Shown here piece by piece: positions 31,702 through 32,000 of a DNA stretch of 32,000 bases; position 1 is the first letter of the stretch, and each line of letters opens with the position of its first letter. This DNA comes from Nitratidesulfovibrio vulgaris str. Hildenborough. GTDB taxonomy: Bacteria > Desulfobacterota > Desulfovibrionia > Desulfovibrionales > Desulfovibrionaceae. Both the position numbers and the translations under genes were made by a program. Under the pieces are notes generated by a model. It saw only the letters and a program-made list of their open reading frames with translations. It searched no databases and was not told the DNA's origin. The stretch covers positions 2,850,001 through 2,882,000 of the forward strand of contig NC_002937.3 in NCBI RefSeq assembly GCF_000195755.1. Direction: 5' to 3'.

Positions 31702-32000
31702 ATGCTCATTCGCGAGTGGATGACCCGCAACGTCATCACCGTCACACCCGACACGTCCATGATGAAGGCGTCGAAGTTGATGAAGGAGAACGGCTTCCGC
31801 CGTCTGCCCGTTCTTGACGGCAACGGAAAGCTGATCGGCATCGTCTCCGACCGCGACATCAAGGAGGCTTCGCCCTCCAAGGCGACCACGCTCGACATGC
31901 ACGAGCTGTACTATCTGCTGTCCGAGATCAAGGTCAAAGACATCATGACCCGTGATCCCATTTGCGTCCAACCGGATGAAACCGTCGAGCGCGTGGCATT
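31702..32000 (+). CDS. CBS-domain protein, 3' end beyond the window
   Basis: Absent from the track (open at the edge). AAGGAGG lies 5 nt upstream of ATG 31702. MLIREWMTRNVITVTPDTSMMKASKLMKENGFRRLPVLDGNGKLIGIVSDRDIKEA ... VKDIMTRDPICVQPDETVERVA is a canonical tandem CBS pattern. Confidence 0.85.
   Translation, partial: MLIREWMTRNVITVTPDTSMMKASKLMKENGFRRLPVLDGNGKLIGIVSDRDIKEASPSKATTLDMHELYYLLSEIKVKDIMTRDPICVQPDETVERVA

Noticed and set aside
1-32000. Mobile elements, prophage, genomic island or defence system
   Set aside because: I recognised no integrase, transposase, recombinase, phage structural, toxin-antitoxin, restriction-modification or cas-like sequences. There are no long terminal inverted or direct repeats, and apart from short promoter-sized AT-rich patches the composition looks uniform.

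Overview
High-GC chromosomal segment. Its gene content suggests a Desulfovibrio-type sulfate reducer, but that is inference only: anaerobic cobalamin genes cbiD-cobL-cobM, futalosine-pathway menaquinone genes mqnD / mqnE-mqnC-mqnA, an iron-sulfur flavoprotein and many thiol/redox proteins. I support about 29 protein-coding genes, two of them partial at the window edges. I found no rRNA, tRNA, CRISPR array, transposase or integrase. Most long ORFs in the track lying antisense to these genes are high-GC shadow ORFs, and several track ORFs start too far upstream; I re-set those starts using SD sequences, ATGA overlaps and neighbouring genes. The window is mostly ordinary core genome. The strongest hidden signal is at 24363-24599. 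A 12-codon ORF with a strong SD and a 55-codon ORF sit in the same frame, separated by a single TGA plus 10 sense codons. A 7-bp hairpin with a GGUG loop lies 12 nt after the TGA. The read-through product looks like a TusA/SirA-type sulfur carrier with the TGA at the catalytic Cys position, so it is a candidate selenoprotein invisible to stop-to-stop ORF calling. It is translationally coupled to an iron-sulfur flavoprotein gene. Other items worth a second look:
- a 364-codon acidic Cys/His-studded extension fused to CobL;
- a 1014-aa uncharacterised membrane protein;
- two signalling pseudoenzyme candidates (a class III cyclase-like protein, and a double degenerate GGDEF-TPR protein);
- a MauE/rhodanese-lipoprotein/C_GCAxxG thiol module;
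- AT-rich palindromic operators;
- several short tandem repeats.
All homology calls are by-eye motif recognition; no searches were run.
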